From Torpedo marmorata (lineage: Eukaryota), in NCBI GenBank assembly GCA_977017645.1, contig OZ360230.1:31558001-31622000 (forward strand): a stretch of 64,000 nt of DNA, read 5' to 3'. The notes under the pieces were generated by a model. The model searched no databases. It was not told where the DNA came from and saw nothing but the letters and a program-made list of their open reading frames with translations. Shown piece after piece: positions 39,274 through 52,970 of this stretch (position 1 is its first letter; the number at the start of each line of letters is the position of its first letter). A program made the translations under genes and the position numbers.

Positions 39274-40966
39274 CACATCGGGCTGTGATGGCTCAGCTCA
39301 TCGGGCTGTTATGCTTCACTACCTGATGAGCTGAACAACTTCTATGCCCGCTTTGAGAAGAAGAACCAAACAGTGCCTACTAGAATCCCTGAAAAGGCTG
39401 AGGTCCCTATGATATCTGTCTCTGAGGGCGACGTCAGAACATCATTCAAGAGGGTGAACCCTCGCAAGGCGTCAGGCCCTGACAGCGTACCTGGCAGGGT
39501 ACTGAAAATCTGCGCCAACCAACTAGCCAGAGTGTTCACGGACATTTTCAACCTCTCATTGCGGCAGTCAGAAGTTCCCACCTGCTTCAAAAGGGCATCA
39601 ATCATCCGAGTACCCAAGAAGAGTAGTGTGAGCTGCCTCAACGACGATCGCCCAGTAGCATTAACTTCTACTGTGATGAAATGCTTTGAGAGGCTGTTCA
39701 TGGCCAGAAATAAAACGTACCTAAGCAAAGATCTGGACCCACTGCAACTCGCCTATCGTCACAATCGTTCCACAGCAGATGCAATATCGCTGGCTCTCCA
39801 CTCAGCTCTGGATCACCTCGAAAACAGCAATTCATACATACGACTGCTCTTCATCGACTACAGCTCGGCCTTCAATACCATTATTCTCTCAGTGCTGGTC
39901 AAGAAGCTACAAGCTCGAGGCCTCTGTACCCCTCTCTGCAACTAGATCCTTGACTTTCTCATTGGAAGACCACAGTCAGTACGAATTGGAAACAACATCT
40001 CCTCCTCACTGATTATCAACACAGGCGCACCCCAAGGATGCGTGCTTAGTCCACTGCTCTACTCGTTATACACCCATGACTGTGTGACCAGGCACAATTC
40101 CAATGCCATCTACAAGTTTGCCGATGACACCTCAGATGTCGGCAGAATCACAAAATGCAATGAGGAAGCGTACTGGAGGGAGACAGATCAGCTCGTTGAA
40201 TGATGTAACAGCAACAACCATGAGGTCAAATTCAGCAAAACCAAGGAGATGATTGTGGACTTCAGGAGAATGTCAGGGGAACACGATCCAGTCCTCATTG
40301 AGGGCTGAGTAGTGGAGAGGGTCAAGAAATTCAAATTCCTGGGTTTCAACATCTCCGAGGATCTGTCCTGGAGCCTCCACGTTGATGCAATCAGAAAGAA
40401 GGCTCGCCAGCAGCTATACTTTATGAGGTGTCTGAGGAGATTCGGTATGTCACCGAAGACTCTCGTAAACTTATACAGGTGTACCGTGGAGAGCATTCTG
40501 GCTGATTGCATCACTGCCTGGTATGGAGGCGCCAACTCTCAGGACAAGAATAAGCTCCAGAGGGTTGTTAAATCAGCCTGTGACATCACAGGCACCAGAC
40601 GTCACTCCATCGAGTACATTTACATGAGGCGGTGTCTTAAAAAAGCAGCCTCTATCCTCAAAGACCCCCACTACCCAGGCCATGCCCTCTTCACTCTTCT
40701 ACCATCAGGAAAAAGATACAGGAGCCTAAAAACGAGCACTCAACGGCACAAGGACAGCTTCTTCCCCGCTGCCATCAGATTCCTGAATAATCAATGAACC
40801 AAAGACACTGCCTTATTTTCGTGCACTATTATTTATATATATATATTTTTTTTTATCGTAATGTTTTAAGATGGTTATAATATGAATGTTTGCACTATGA
40901 TGCTGCTGCAAAACACCGAATTTCATGACTTGTTCATGACAATAAATTCTGATTCTGATTCTGATT
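39274..40966 (+). mobile_element. Rex1/Babar-type LINE fragment, copy 7 (diverged lineage)
   Basis: ORFs 39373..39945 and 40312..40797; intact C-terminus DSFFPAAIRFLN. Confidence 0.88.
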
Positions 40967-41072
40967 CTGTTTTGACTCTCATGAGCAATTGAGACTGTGA
41001 ACCATTATGAAAGTCAATAACTGGTAAATAATCCACTCTTGTTGTCACTGCCCATTTTCTAACATATGTATC

Positions 41073-42657
41073 TGTTGTGTTGAGAAAGAATATCATGTTC
41101 GGTGGGTTCACAGAGAGACAAGTCTGGACACAAGGGTTTGCAATCACATGTAACTTTTATTAACACACAACAATTTATAGAAGATTGTGGGAAATCGAAA
41201 TGGGAATAAAACACACACGCACACAATTTATAAAAGCGTGTGGGAAAATCGTAACGGGAATAAAACACACACGCACACAATTTATAAAAGAGCATGGTAA
41301 AATCGTAACGGGAAACAAACAGTGGAGAACGTTAAAGAGTACACAATTTCTAATTCACACAGGCAATGCAGACATTCACACACAATAAGCAGGGGTTCTA
41401 CACACGTTCCCGGATCCCTGATCATTGGAAGGTGGCCCTAATACACACTACACACAGGGGTGTACACATGCTCCCGGACCCCTAATCGTTGGGAGCGGCG
41501 GCTCAACTGTAAATATTGATCTTTAGCAATTTGATCTATAGCAACACTACGGCTCAGCTTCAGTGCAGTGCACACCTTACCTGCGACCCTTCCAAGCGAC
41601 GTCCATAGTAGCGACCTGGCATGGAGCAGTGTCCAGAGCTCAGAGCATGATTGAGAGAGAGCGAAATGTGCGCTGTGCTGGTGCTAAATACAGTACTAAT
41701 CTGTGTGTCTAGCCAATAGTGACGCTGAGTGATTTGAATTAGTCAACAGAAAGGTGTGCCCTACAAAAACTAAAGAAATTTAATCCAACATTATCAGGTT
41801 TATGTTTTAGATGTAATAAAGAAGAAGGTTTTTTTGTACATTCTGCATGGTTTTGTCCACAAGTTTATGATTTTTGGTTGAAAGTTAAAAATTCTTTAGA
41901 TAAAGTATTCAAGATTACATTTCCAATGGATCCTATGATATTTTTGTTTGGAGATATTAGAAAATTTAGTAGTAAGATGAAATTAAATATATATCAAATA
42001 GAATTTTTGTGAATTGCCTTAGCTGTTTCAAAGAAATGTTGCTATCACTTGGAAATCTGATCTAGATTTAGGATTAGAAAGATGGCATGCAGAACTTCGC
42101 TCGTGTATACCACTTGAAAAAAATTACTTTTAATTTACGTAATAAATATCATTTAAAAAAAAAAAATTTGGAGCCCATATATGAAAGTTGTTGGTTTAAG
42201 GATTTAACATCTCTGGATATCGGATCTACTGGCATACCTGACCTCCACAATAGAATTAGTTTATAGATGTATGTTTTTTAGATTGGCATTCTTCTTACTC
42301 TATCTTTTTCTTTCTTTCTTTTTCTTTCTCTATTTTTATTTTTTATTTTATATTTTTCTTTTTCTTAGATGAGTGGGGTTGGGAGGGTTGGGGAGGGGCG
42401 GGATGAGAGGGGGGGTGAAAATGTATCACAAATATTTTGATAATTTCATATTTTATTTTATGTATTCTGTGATTTAAAATTTTAAATAAAATATTTTTAA
42501 AAAAAAGAAAGGTGTGCACTAATTAGTGGCCGGTGTCAAACCTTGACTGACAGGTGATATGAATTCCGAATAAGTTCCATACGGGGAAGACACGTGACCA
42601 CTCGCAATACACACATTCCAGACAAGAAGGGAGGCCACATCTCCTCCACACACAACA
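41073..42657 (-). mobile_element. Solo LTR, copy 7, split by an L1 fragment
   Basis: Same ends and TSD; interrupted at 41760-42505. Confidence 0.8.
41760..42505 (+). mobile_element. 5'-truncated L1-clade LINE 3' end
   Basis: AT-rich; CFRC zinc-knuckle remnant, G-rich 3' UTR, A tail; TSD AGAAAGGTGTGC (41748-41759, 42506-42517); same family as 44712-46742. Confidence 0.85.
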
Positions 42658-42968
42658 GTATCACAACAAGTTCCTATGCAAATGTCCTGACGATCAACTC
42701 CAGTTGTACGCAATTTTCACGTATCTTCATATGTTTCCCCCACTCCAGTTTCAATGGTTCATACTACAACTACTATCACAGGTGAACCTGATTCTATCAC
42801 TCTTGCTTCAAACACCCAACTTTAATAACATGTAAAGCCTTGATTACACAAGGCCTCGTCAACTTGGAACTTTCTGCTTTTAATCACGAGCATACATGTT
42901 GTGAGTTAACAACTAAGTCATTACATTTCACATGATATTCAATGCTCAATTTCTATGCTTAAATGCAG

Positions 42969-43139
42969 TGACAACCTCTCCAGCTACAACTACTCTCCCC
43001 ACTACAACTTCAATTTCGACGACACCAATCACTACGGAGACAACGAGCACAACAACCACACAGAGCTCCACTCCTCCAGGAACAACTGACACTACGACAA
43101 CTTCAACAACTGATGTCAGTTCCACATCAACAGAAATTT
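42969..43139 (+). CDS. PTS exon A8
   Basis: AAATGCAG / GTAAGT, 171 bp. Confidence 0.8.
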
Positions 43140-43708
43140 GTAAGTTGTAAATACTCTGTCCATGAAAATTGAATTCATCCTCTGTTAAAAATTAAAGTAA
43201 CACAGAAAACATGATTGAAACAAAATTAGTCAGTGGAGGAAAAAGGTGCCGAGTAAATTGTACTTTGTCTTTTGTATTGTCACTTTCTCAAAAGAAAAAG
43301 GAACAACTTGATTGAATTTCAGGTTCGATTCTGTTTGTGAATCAACTTGAAAATCAATTGCGACCAAATGATCTACTCTTGCGCCATGTATTCCGTTTTC
43401 AATCATTTTTGTCACAACTAATCCAGCTGCAAGCATTCCTATTGATCTTCTCTTGTTTCAAATAATGCTGATACAAGTCGGAACATTTCAGTTCCGTCAC
43501 TTTTAAACTACACCCACTGTGAATACATCTGATGCAAGCACACTTGTTTGGAACCCCAAATGTATAAATATGTCTGAAGACATCTTTATAGAATGGGTTT
43601 TTGCCCAGACACTTCATCTGTGTATCAATTGCTAACTTGTTGTGAGTGAGTAATAAAAAAAAATCATTTCATGGATTATCAATCATGAGTAACCGTGTTT
43701 CATTGCAG

Positions 43709-43885
43709 CTTCAACAACCCCTCCTACGACAACTACACCCCCTGCTCCAACTTCAACATCCATGACACCATTCACTTCGGAGACACCGAGCACAACAACA
43801 ACATCGCAGAGCTCCACTCCTCCCCCAACAAGTGAAACTACCACGTTTAAAACAACTGATGTCAGTTCAACAACAACAGTAATTT
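43709..43885 (+). CDS. PTS exon B8 (177 bp)
   Basis: Splice sites intact; one extra Thr codon. Confidence 0.8.
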
Positions 43886-44368
43886 GTAAGTTGGTAACGC
43901 TATGTCCATGAACAAAAGAGTATCACTCTCAGTAACTAAATAAATAACACAGATCAACTGAATTGACTGACATGAGCTATTGAGACTGTTATTTATTATC
44001 AATGTCAGAAAATGGTAAATAGTCCACTCCGGTTATCACTGTCCATTTTTCTATCATATCTGTCACAACTAGTTCCAATGCAAATGTCCTGACGATTAAC
44101 TAAAGTTGTACACAATTTTCATGTATCTTCCTATGTTTCCCCCAATCCCGTTTCAAATACTCATATTCCCGCTCCTATACAGGTGAGCATGATTCAGTCG
44201 CTCTAACCTCAAACATACAACATTAATAACATGTAAAGCCTTGATTACAGAAGGTGCAGTCAACCTGGAAATTTGCACTCTGTATCACGAGCTTACATGT
44301 TGTAAAATAACAACAAAATCATTTAATTTCATATGATATTCCAAGCTGAATATCTATGTTTAATGCAA

Positions 44369-44539
44369 TTATAACTTCTCCAGCTTCAACTACTCTCCCC
44401 ACAACAATTTCATCATCTACTGCACCAATCACTACGGAGAGAACGAGCACAACAACCACACAGAGCTCCGCTCCTCCAAGAACAACTGACACTACGACAT
44501 CTACAACAACTGATGTCAGTTCCACAACAACAGGAATTT
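44369..44539 (+). pseudogene. Exon-like copy C8
   Basis: GCAA / ATGAGT boundaries. Confidence 0.7.
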
Positions 44540-44711
44540 ATGAGTTGCAAATGCTCTGTCCATGAAAAATTGAATTCATCCTCTGTTAATAAATAAAGTA
44601 ACACAGATAAACTTGATTGAAATAAAATTAGTAAGTGGAGGTTACAGGTGATGAGTGAATAGTTCATTGTCTTTTGTCTTGACACTTTCAAAAAAGATAA
44701 TGAATAACTTG

Positions 44712-46742
44712 GAGATATTTTATTTAAAATTTTTAAATCACAAAATACATAAAATAAAATATTAAATTATCAAAGTATTTGCAATACATTTTCACCCCTC
44801 CTCCCCCCTCCCCTCCCCAACCCTCCCAACCCCACTAATCTAATAAAAATAAAAATATAAAATAAAAATAGAAAAAAAAAGAAGAAAAAAGAAAGAAAAA
44901 GATAGAGTAAGGAGAATACCAATCTATATACTAATTCTATTATGGAGGTCAAGTATGCCAGTAGATCCGATATCCAGAGATCTTCAAATCCTTAAACCAA
45001 CAACTTTCATATATGGGCTCCAAATTTTTAGAAAGAAATGATATTTATTACGTAAATTATAAGTAATTTTTTCAAGTGGTATACACGAACGAAGTTCTGC
45101 ATGCCATCTTTCTAATCCAAAATCTAAATCAGATTTCCAAGTAATAGCAATACATTTCTTTGTAACAGCTAAAGCAATTTGCAAAAATTCTATTTGATAC
45201 ATATTTAATTTCATCTTAATACTAAATTATCTAATATCTCCAAACAAAAATATCATAGGATCCATTGGAAATGTAATCTTAAATACTTTATCTAAAAATC
45301 TTTTAACTTTCAACCAAAAATCATAAAACTTTTGGATAAAACCATGTAGAATGTACAAAAGACCCTTCCTCTTTATTACATCTAAAACATAAACCTGATA
45401 ATGTCCGATTAAATTTCTTTAGTTTTTTAGGTGTTAAATATAATTGATGAAAAAAATTGTATTGTACTAATCTATATCTAACATACTTCGTCATACTTAA
45501 TTTACATAATTCTTTCCAATGATTTTCATCTATTCTTACATTCAAATCTAATTCCCATTTTAATCTTGATTTATGAATTCCTACTTTAGGCATTTTCCTC
45601 TGAAACAATTTATACATTTGAGAAATAAATTTATTGACATCTCCTTTAGTAACTAATAATTCTAATTCATTCTGTCTTGGTAAAATCAAAGCATAACCTA
45701 ATTTCTCAATCAGAAAAGCTCTAATTTGATAATAAGCAATAAGTGTATTATCTAATATATTAAATTTATCTTTCATTCTTTGAAAAGTAATACATTTCCC
45801 AGCTTCAAAGCAATCATTAATTTTTAAATTCCTTTTTGAAACCAAATGTTAAATAATTGATTATTAATAGTAAATGGAATAAGTCCATTTTGATATAAAG
45901 GCATCCTTGAAGAAATCAATCCTTTTCCTCCTATTTCCTTATCCGTCTTATTCCATATTTCTAAAAAATGTTTAAAAATAGGTGAATTTTTCTTTCTTGT
46001 TGATATTAATTTAGAATCCCATTTATAAATAACTTCTTCTTTGGAATCTTCTCCTATATTATTTAATTCTATTTTAATCCAAGCAGAAGATTTAGTTGAA
46101 TCAAAAAATTCATTAACAAATTTTAGTTGAGCTTCTTTATAATAATTTTGGAAATTAGGAAGTTGTAAACCCCCATTTCATAATTCCAAGTTAATTTTTC
46201 CATACCTACTCTTGCTAACATTCTTTTCCATAAAAATTTTCTAATAATTGAATTTAAATCTTTAAAACATTTTTGAGGAATTTCATAAGGAATAGATTGC
46301 AAAAGATATATAATTCTTGGAATAACATTCATTTTAATACAATTTACTCTTCCCATTAAAGTTATAGGTAATTCTTTCCAATTTTCTAAATCTTTCTTTA
46401 TTTTCACAAATAATGGTAAATAATTTAATTTGTATAAATTAGCCATTTTTGTGTCAACCCTTATTCCCAAATATTTAATTCCTTCCTTTGCCCATTTAAA
46501 TTGTGTAATTTCTTTACATCTACTATAATCTCCTTGTGATAATGCCATAATTTCACTTTTATCAGAATTAAATTTATATCCAGATATTTCCCCATATTCT
46601 CTCACTAACACAGACAATTGTACTAAGGATGTAGTAGATTTTGTCATATATATCAATACATCATCTGCAAATAAACTAATTTTATGTTCTTCCATTCCAA
46701 CTTTAATACCAACTATTTTAGGATCTTTTCTAACTAATTCTT
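44712..46742 (-). mobile_element. 5'-truncated L1-clade LINE (ORF2 RT C-terminal half and 3' UTR), frameshifted
   Basis: SLFADDVL, IKYLGI, GRVNCIKMN, CFRC; 17 bp TSD AGATAATGAATAACTTG (44695-44711, 46743-46759). Confidence 0.9.
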
Positions 46743-47174
46743 AGATAATGAATAACTTGATTGAATTTCAGGATTGATTCTGATCGTGAATTATCTTGAA
46801 AATCAATTGCATTCAAATGATCAACTCTTGCTCCAAGTATTCCGTTTTCAATCAATTTTGTCACAATTAATCCAGCTGCAAGCATTCCTATTGAATTTCT
46901 CACGTTGCAAATTATGCTGATGCAAATCAGTGTTTCACTTCCATCACTTTTGACTACTCAATTTTCAACTCTTCCCACTAAGACACAAGTAGAGGTGATA
47001 CAAGCACACTTGTTTCAAAGCCCAATTGTATAAATATGTCTATACACATCTTTATAAATATGGTGTTTCCCAGACACTTCGATCATGTTTCAGTTGCTAA
47101 ATTGTTTTGAGTTAATAAGAGAGAAATAATCATTTCATGCAATAACTATATTGTGTATCCATGTTTCAATGCAG

Positions 47175-47348
47175 CTACAACAAACACTGCTACGACAAGT
47201 ACACCCACTGCTCCAACTTCAACATCCACGACACCATTCACTTCGGAGACCATGAGCACAATAACAACATCGCAGAGCTCGACTCCTTCATCAACAAGTC
47301 AAACTACCACGTCTACAACAACTGATGTCAGTTCCACAACAGAAATTT
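47175..47348 (+). CDS. PTS exon D8
   Basis: As D1. Confidence 0.8.
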
Positions 47349-47425
47349 GTAAGTAGTAAACACAATATCCATTAACTATAGAGGATCACTCTCAGAAACC
47401 ACATAAAGTAACACAGACCAACTGG

Positions 47426-49116
47426 CTCATCGGGCTGTGATGGCTCAGCTCATCGGGCTGTTATGCTTCACTACCTGATGAGCTGAACAACTTCTATGCC
47501 CGCTTTGAGAAGAAGAACCAAACAGTGCCTACTAAAATCCCTGAAAAGGCTGAGGTCCCTGTGATATCTGTCTCTGAGGGCGACGTCAGAACATCATTCA
47601 AGAGGGTGAACCCTCGCAAGGCGTCAGGCCCTGACGGCGTACCTGGCAGGGTACTGAAAATCTGCGCCAACCAACTAGCCAGAGTGTTCACTTACATTTT
47701 CAACCTCTCATTGCGGCAGTCAGAAGTGCCCACCTGCTTCAAAAGGGCATCAATCATCCGAGTACCCAAGAAGAGTAGTGTGAGCTGCCTCAACGACTAC
47801 CGCCCAGTAGCACTAACTTCTACTGTGATGAAATGCTTTGAGAGGCTGTTCAGGGCCAGAAATAAAACGTACCTAAGCAAAGATCTGGACCCACTGCAAC
47901 TCGCCTATTGTCACAATCACTCCACAGCAGATGCAATATCGCTGGCTCTCCACTCAGCTCTGGATCACCTCGAAAACAGCAATTCATACATACGACTGCT
48001 CTTCATCGACTACAGCTCGGCCTTCAATACCATTATTCTCTCAGTGCTGGTCAAGAAGCTACAAGCTCGAGGCCTCTGTACCCCTCTCTGCAACTAGATC
48101 CTTGACTTTCTCATTGGAAGACCACAGTCAGTACGAATTGGAAACAACATCTCCTCCTCACTGATTATCAACACAGGAGCACCCCAAGGATGCGTGCTTA
48201 ACCCATTGCTCTACTCGTTATACACCCATGACTGTGTGACCAGGCACAATTCCAATGCCATCTACAAGTTTGCCGATGACACCATAGTTGTCGGCAGAAT
48301 CACAAACGGCAATGAGGAAGCATACTGGAGGGAGACAGATCAGCTCGTTGAATGGTGTAATGGCAACAACCTTGAGCTCAACATCAGCAAAACCAAGGAG
48401 ATGATTGTGGACTTCAGGAGAATGTCAGGGGAACACGATCCAGTCCTCATCGAGGGCTGAGTAGTGGAGAGGGTCAAGAAATTCAAATTCCTGGGTGTCA
48501 ACATCTCCGAGGATCTGTCCTGGAGCCTCCACGTTGATGCAATCAGAAAGAAGGCTCGCCAGCGGCTATACTTTATGAGGTGTCTGAGGAGATTCGGTAT
48601 GTCACTGAAGACTCTCGTAAACTTATACAGGTGTACCATGGAGAGCATTCTGTCTGGTTGCATCACTGCCTGGTATGGAGGTGCCAACTCTCAGGACAAG
48701 AATAAGCTCCAGAGGGTTGTTAAATCGGCCTGTGATATCACAGGCACCAGACGTCGCTCCATCGAGTACATCTACATGAGGCGGTGTCTTAAAAAAGCAG
48801 CCTCTATCCTCAAAGACCCCCACCACCCAGGCCATGCCCTCTTCACTCTTCTACCATCAGGAAAAAGATACAAGAGCCTAAAGACGAGCACTCAATGGCA
48901 CAAGGACAGCTTCTTCCCCGCTGCCATCAGATTCCTGAATAATCAATGAACCAAAGACACTGCCTTATTTTCGAGCACTATTATTTATATATATATATTT
49001 TTTTATCGTAATGTTTTAAGATGGTTATAATATGAATGTTTGCACTATGATGCTGCTGCAAAACAACGAATTTCATGACTTGTTCATGACAATAAATTCT
49101 GATTCTGATTCTGATT
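47426..49116 (+). mobile_element. Rex1/Babar-type LINE fragment, copy 8 (diverged lineage)
   Basis: ORFs 47525..48097, 48194..48460, 48464..48949 in one frame broken only by stops. Confidence 0.88.
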
Positions 49117-49222
49117 CTGTTTTGACTCTCATGAGCAATTGAGACTGTAAACCATTATGAAAGTCAAAAACTGGTAAATAGAACACTCTGGTTATCACTG
49201 CCCATTTTCTAACATATGTATC

Positions 49223-49982
49223 TGTTGTGTTGAGAAAGAATATCATGTTCGGTGGGTTCACAGAGAGACAAGTCTGGACACAAGGGTTTGCAATCACATG
49301 TAACTTTTATTAACCACAACAATTTATAGAAGATTGTGGGAAATCGTAATGGGAATAAAACACACACGCACACAATTTATAAAAGCGTGTGGGAAAATCG
49401 TAACAGGAATAAAACACACACGCACACAATTTATAAAAGAGCGTGGGAAAATCGTAATGGGAAACAAACAGGGGAGAACGTTAAAGAGTACACAATTACT
49501 AATTCACACAGGTGATGCAGCTATTCACACACTATACACAGGGGTGTACACACGCTCCGGGACCCCTGATCGTTGGGAGCGGCGGCTCTGCTGTAAGTAT
49601 TGAACTATAGCAATTTTATCTATAGCAATACTACGGCTCACTTCAGTGCAGTGCACACATTACCTGCGACCCTTCCAAGCGACGTCCATACTAGCAACCT
49701 GGCATGGAACAGTGTCCGGGGCTCAGAGCACGAGGCAGAGAGAGCGAAATGTGCTCTGTGCTGGTGCTAAATACAGTACTAATCTGTGTGTCTTGACAAT
49801 AGTGACGCTGAGTGATTTGAATTAGCCAACGGCAAGGTGTACACTATTTTGTGGCTGGAGCCAAACCTTGACTTACAGGTGATATGAATTCCGAATAAGT
49901 TCCAGACTGGGAGGACACGTGACAACCCGCAATACACACATTCCAGACAGGCAGGGAGGATACATCTCCTCCACGCACAACA
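49223..49982 (-). mobile_element. Solo LTR, copy 8 (shorter, more diverged)
   Basis: TGTTGTG...CACAACA ends, GTATC TSD; fewer internal repeats. Confidence 0.78.
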
Positions 49983-50293
49983 GTATCACAACAAGTTCCT
50001 ATGTGAATGTCCTGATGATCAATTCCAGTTGTCCGCAATTTTCACGTATCTTCATATGTTTCCCCTACTACAGTTTCAATGCCTCATACTACAAATACTA
50101 TCACAGGTGAGCCTGATTCGGTCACTCTTACTTCAAACACCTAACTTTAATAACATGTAAAGCCTTGATTACAGAAGGCCTTGTCAACTTGGAACTTTCT
50201 GCTTTTAATCACGAGCATACATGTTGTGAGTTAACAACTAAGTCATTTAATTTCACATGATATTCGATGCTAAATTTCTATGCTTAAATGCAG

Positions 50294-50464
50294 TGACAAC
50301 ATCTCCAGCTACAACTACACTCCCCACTACAACTTCAATATCTACGACACCAATCACTACGGAGACAACGAGCACAACAACCACACAGAGCTCCACTCCT
50401 CCAGGAACAACTGACACTACGACAACTTCAACAACTGATGTCAGTTCCACAACAACAGGTATTT
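50294..50464 (+). CDS. PTS exon A9
   Basis: AAATGCAG / GTAAGT, 171 bp open. Confidence 0.78.
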
Positions 50465-51050
50465 GTAAGTTGCAAATACACTGTCCTTGAAAAATTGAAT
50501 TCATCCTCTGTTAATAAATAAAGTAACTCAGAAAACTTGATTGAAACAAAATTAATCAGTGGAGGAAGGTGCCGAGTAAATTGTACTTTGTCTTTTGTAT
50601 TGTCACTTTTACAAAAAAGAAAAGAACATCTTGATTGAATTTCATTATCAAATCTGATTTTGAATTATCTTTAAAATCAATTGCTGCCAAATAATTACTC
50701 TCGTTAAATTTATTCCATTTTCAATAATTTTTGTCACAACTAATTCAGCTGCAATCATTCCTATTGATCTTCTCTTGTTGCAAATAATGTTGATGCAAAT
50801 CGGATCGTTTCAGTTCCGTCACTTTTGATGACTCATATTTTAACTACTCCCAGTAAGACTACAGCTGATATAAGCACCCTTGCTTAGCACCTCAAATACT
50901 GATTGTCAATATGTGTGAAGAGATCTTTACAGATTATGATGTTACCCAGAAATTTCTTCTCTGTATCACTTGCCAACATATTTTGAGTGAATAAGAGAAA
51001 TAAAAACAGTTTATGTAACATCTATGCTGAGTATCCATGTTTCATTGCAG

Positions 51051-51227
51051 CTACAACAAACTCTCCTACGACAACTACACCCCCTGCTCCAACTTCAACA
51101 TCCATGACACCATTCATTTCGGAGACAACGAGCACAACAACAACATCGCAGAGCTCCACTCCTCCCCCAACAAGTGAAACTACCACGTCTACAACAACTG
51201 ATGTCAGTTCAACAACAACAGTAATTT
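51051..51227 (+). CDS. PTS exon, B/D type (177 bp)
   Basis: TTGCAG / GTAAGT, TTNSPTTTTPPAP...DVSSTTTVI. Confidence 0.78.
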
Positions 51228-51308
51228 GTAAGTAGATAACGCTATCCATGAATAATAGAGTATCACTCTCAGTAACTTAATAAAGTAACGCAGATTAAGT
51301 GGGTTGAC

Positions 51309-51570
51309 AAACAAACTATGCAAATACAGAAGTATAAATATTCAGTAATAAATGATGAGTAAAGTATGAGTCCTTAAATAAGTCTCTGAATGTGTCTGTT
51401 GATCAGGAGAAGTCTGATGGATGAAAGGTAGCAACTTTTCCTGAACCTGGAGGTATGAGTCTTTCCTGATGACAGCAGTGAGAACAGAACATGTTCTGGG
51501 TGATGTGGATCCTTGCTGATTGCTGCTGCTCTCCGGTGGCAGCGTTCCATGTAGATTTTTTTGATGGTTG
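51309..51570 (-). mobile_element. Degenerate 3' fragment of a Rex1/Babar-like LINE
   Basis: Minus strand encodes KDPHHP near 51497-51515; shares sequence with 55490-55751. Confidence 0.6.
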
Positions 51571-52425
51571 TGTTACAAAATCAAACCAGCAACGACAGAA
51601 GACGCAATGCAAAAGGGGTAAAATTGAAATTATTATTTATTAAACACAAGTAAACATATAATTTCACAACAATTAACCCCACTATAAACGTCTATACTCT
51701 ATTCTTATCTAAAAGGTGTATGTGTGTGTGTGTAAAGCCCAGACCATTACAGTCTGTGCCCAACCCTTATGTAAAAATGGAAAATCTTTCCCCAAAAACC
51801 CCAGGTCAGTCATAAAAAACAAGTCAGTCAAAAAAAAGATAAACAGTCTACAAATTTACTCTCTAAGTTCAGGCTTCAACTTTTTCTCTGTGTCTGGTAG
51901 AAGTACTTCTGAATGAACGTTGGAGAGAGACAATGACTGTTTATGCTTACAAATACTTGTTTTCTTCTCTGATGACGTCCCCTTCTTGTAGGTTCATAAG
52001 GATTGCAAGTTCCAGATCAGTATACCACTGATTTAGGCGTGTGCTTGAATCTCACAGCTCGTCTCGCTGATCTCACGCCTGTTCTCCACAGAAGTTGCTT
52101 TTCCTCAGAATTTCTCTGAGACAGGAGGCCATGTGCTCTTCTGCCAGTGATTTTCTCTGGCTGTGCACACAAGCCTGGATCTGGCTGTGTGCAGTAGCCT
52201 TTGCAACTCACAACTGTGTGCTTTGCAGAGATCTGCCCCTGATTTTTGCAAAAGTGCAACAATGTATCTATTCCACAGTCTGTCTCTCTCTGCTCTCTCT
52301 CTCTGGGTACACCAAGTCCTGGGGAAGTTAACTTTTTCAGTACCTGGCCCCAGTGTGTACACCAAAAGACTTCATCCTTCCTGCTGACCGTCCGCAGTCC
52401 AAATGGTCAGTCATGGTCCATAACA
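51571..52425 (-). repeat. 3' LTR of the Gmr1-type element (855 bp)
   Basis: TGTTA...TAACA inverted ends, abuts the PPT. Confidence 0.8.
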
Positions 52426-52970
52426 CCTCCCAACCTCAAAGGAAATTTTGGTCTGCAAGAACAAAATTTAGGAAAGTAAGTGAGGTGTCAGAATATAAAC
52501 AAAATCTACAATGTTCATCCACAAATACAAAATATGAACTATTTTCATTGATAAAGTTTAACATCTAGAAAGACAATCAGCAATTACATTATCTCTCCCT
52601 TTTATATGAGTGATTACCAAATTATATTCTTGCAAAATTAGACTCCAATTCAACAACCGTCGATTCTTATTTTTCATTTTACAAAGAAAAACCAATGGAT
52701 TATGGTCAGTATACACTATGAGTGGTTTTTGAGCTGTACAGATATACACATCAAAATGTTGTAGAGCCAACACAAGAGCCAACAACTCTTTCCCTATAGT
52801 TGAATAATTCCTTTGATGATCATTGAACTTCTTCGAGAAGTAGGATACCGGATGGTCAATGTCCTCTTCGTTCTTCTTCTGTAACAGCACCGCACCCACA
52901 GCTTCATCGCTCACATCCACGGCTAAAGAAAACGACTGTTCTAAATCAGGTGACTTAAGCACAGGCTCCT

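Larger units (their letters stand above)
1..51250. repeat. Tandem array of ~5.4 kb units (8 full units plus part of a ninth; period 5378-5414 bp, longer where private TEs inserted)
   Basis: Same ORF set recurs at offsets 5378, 10778, 16191, 21605, 26983, 36901 and 45053 relative to the RT ORF at 2472. Confidence 0.97.
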
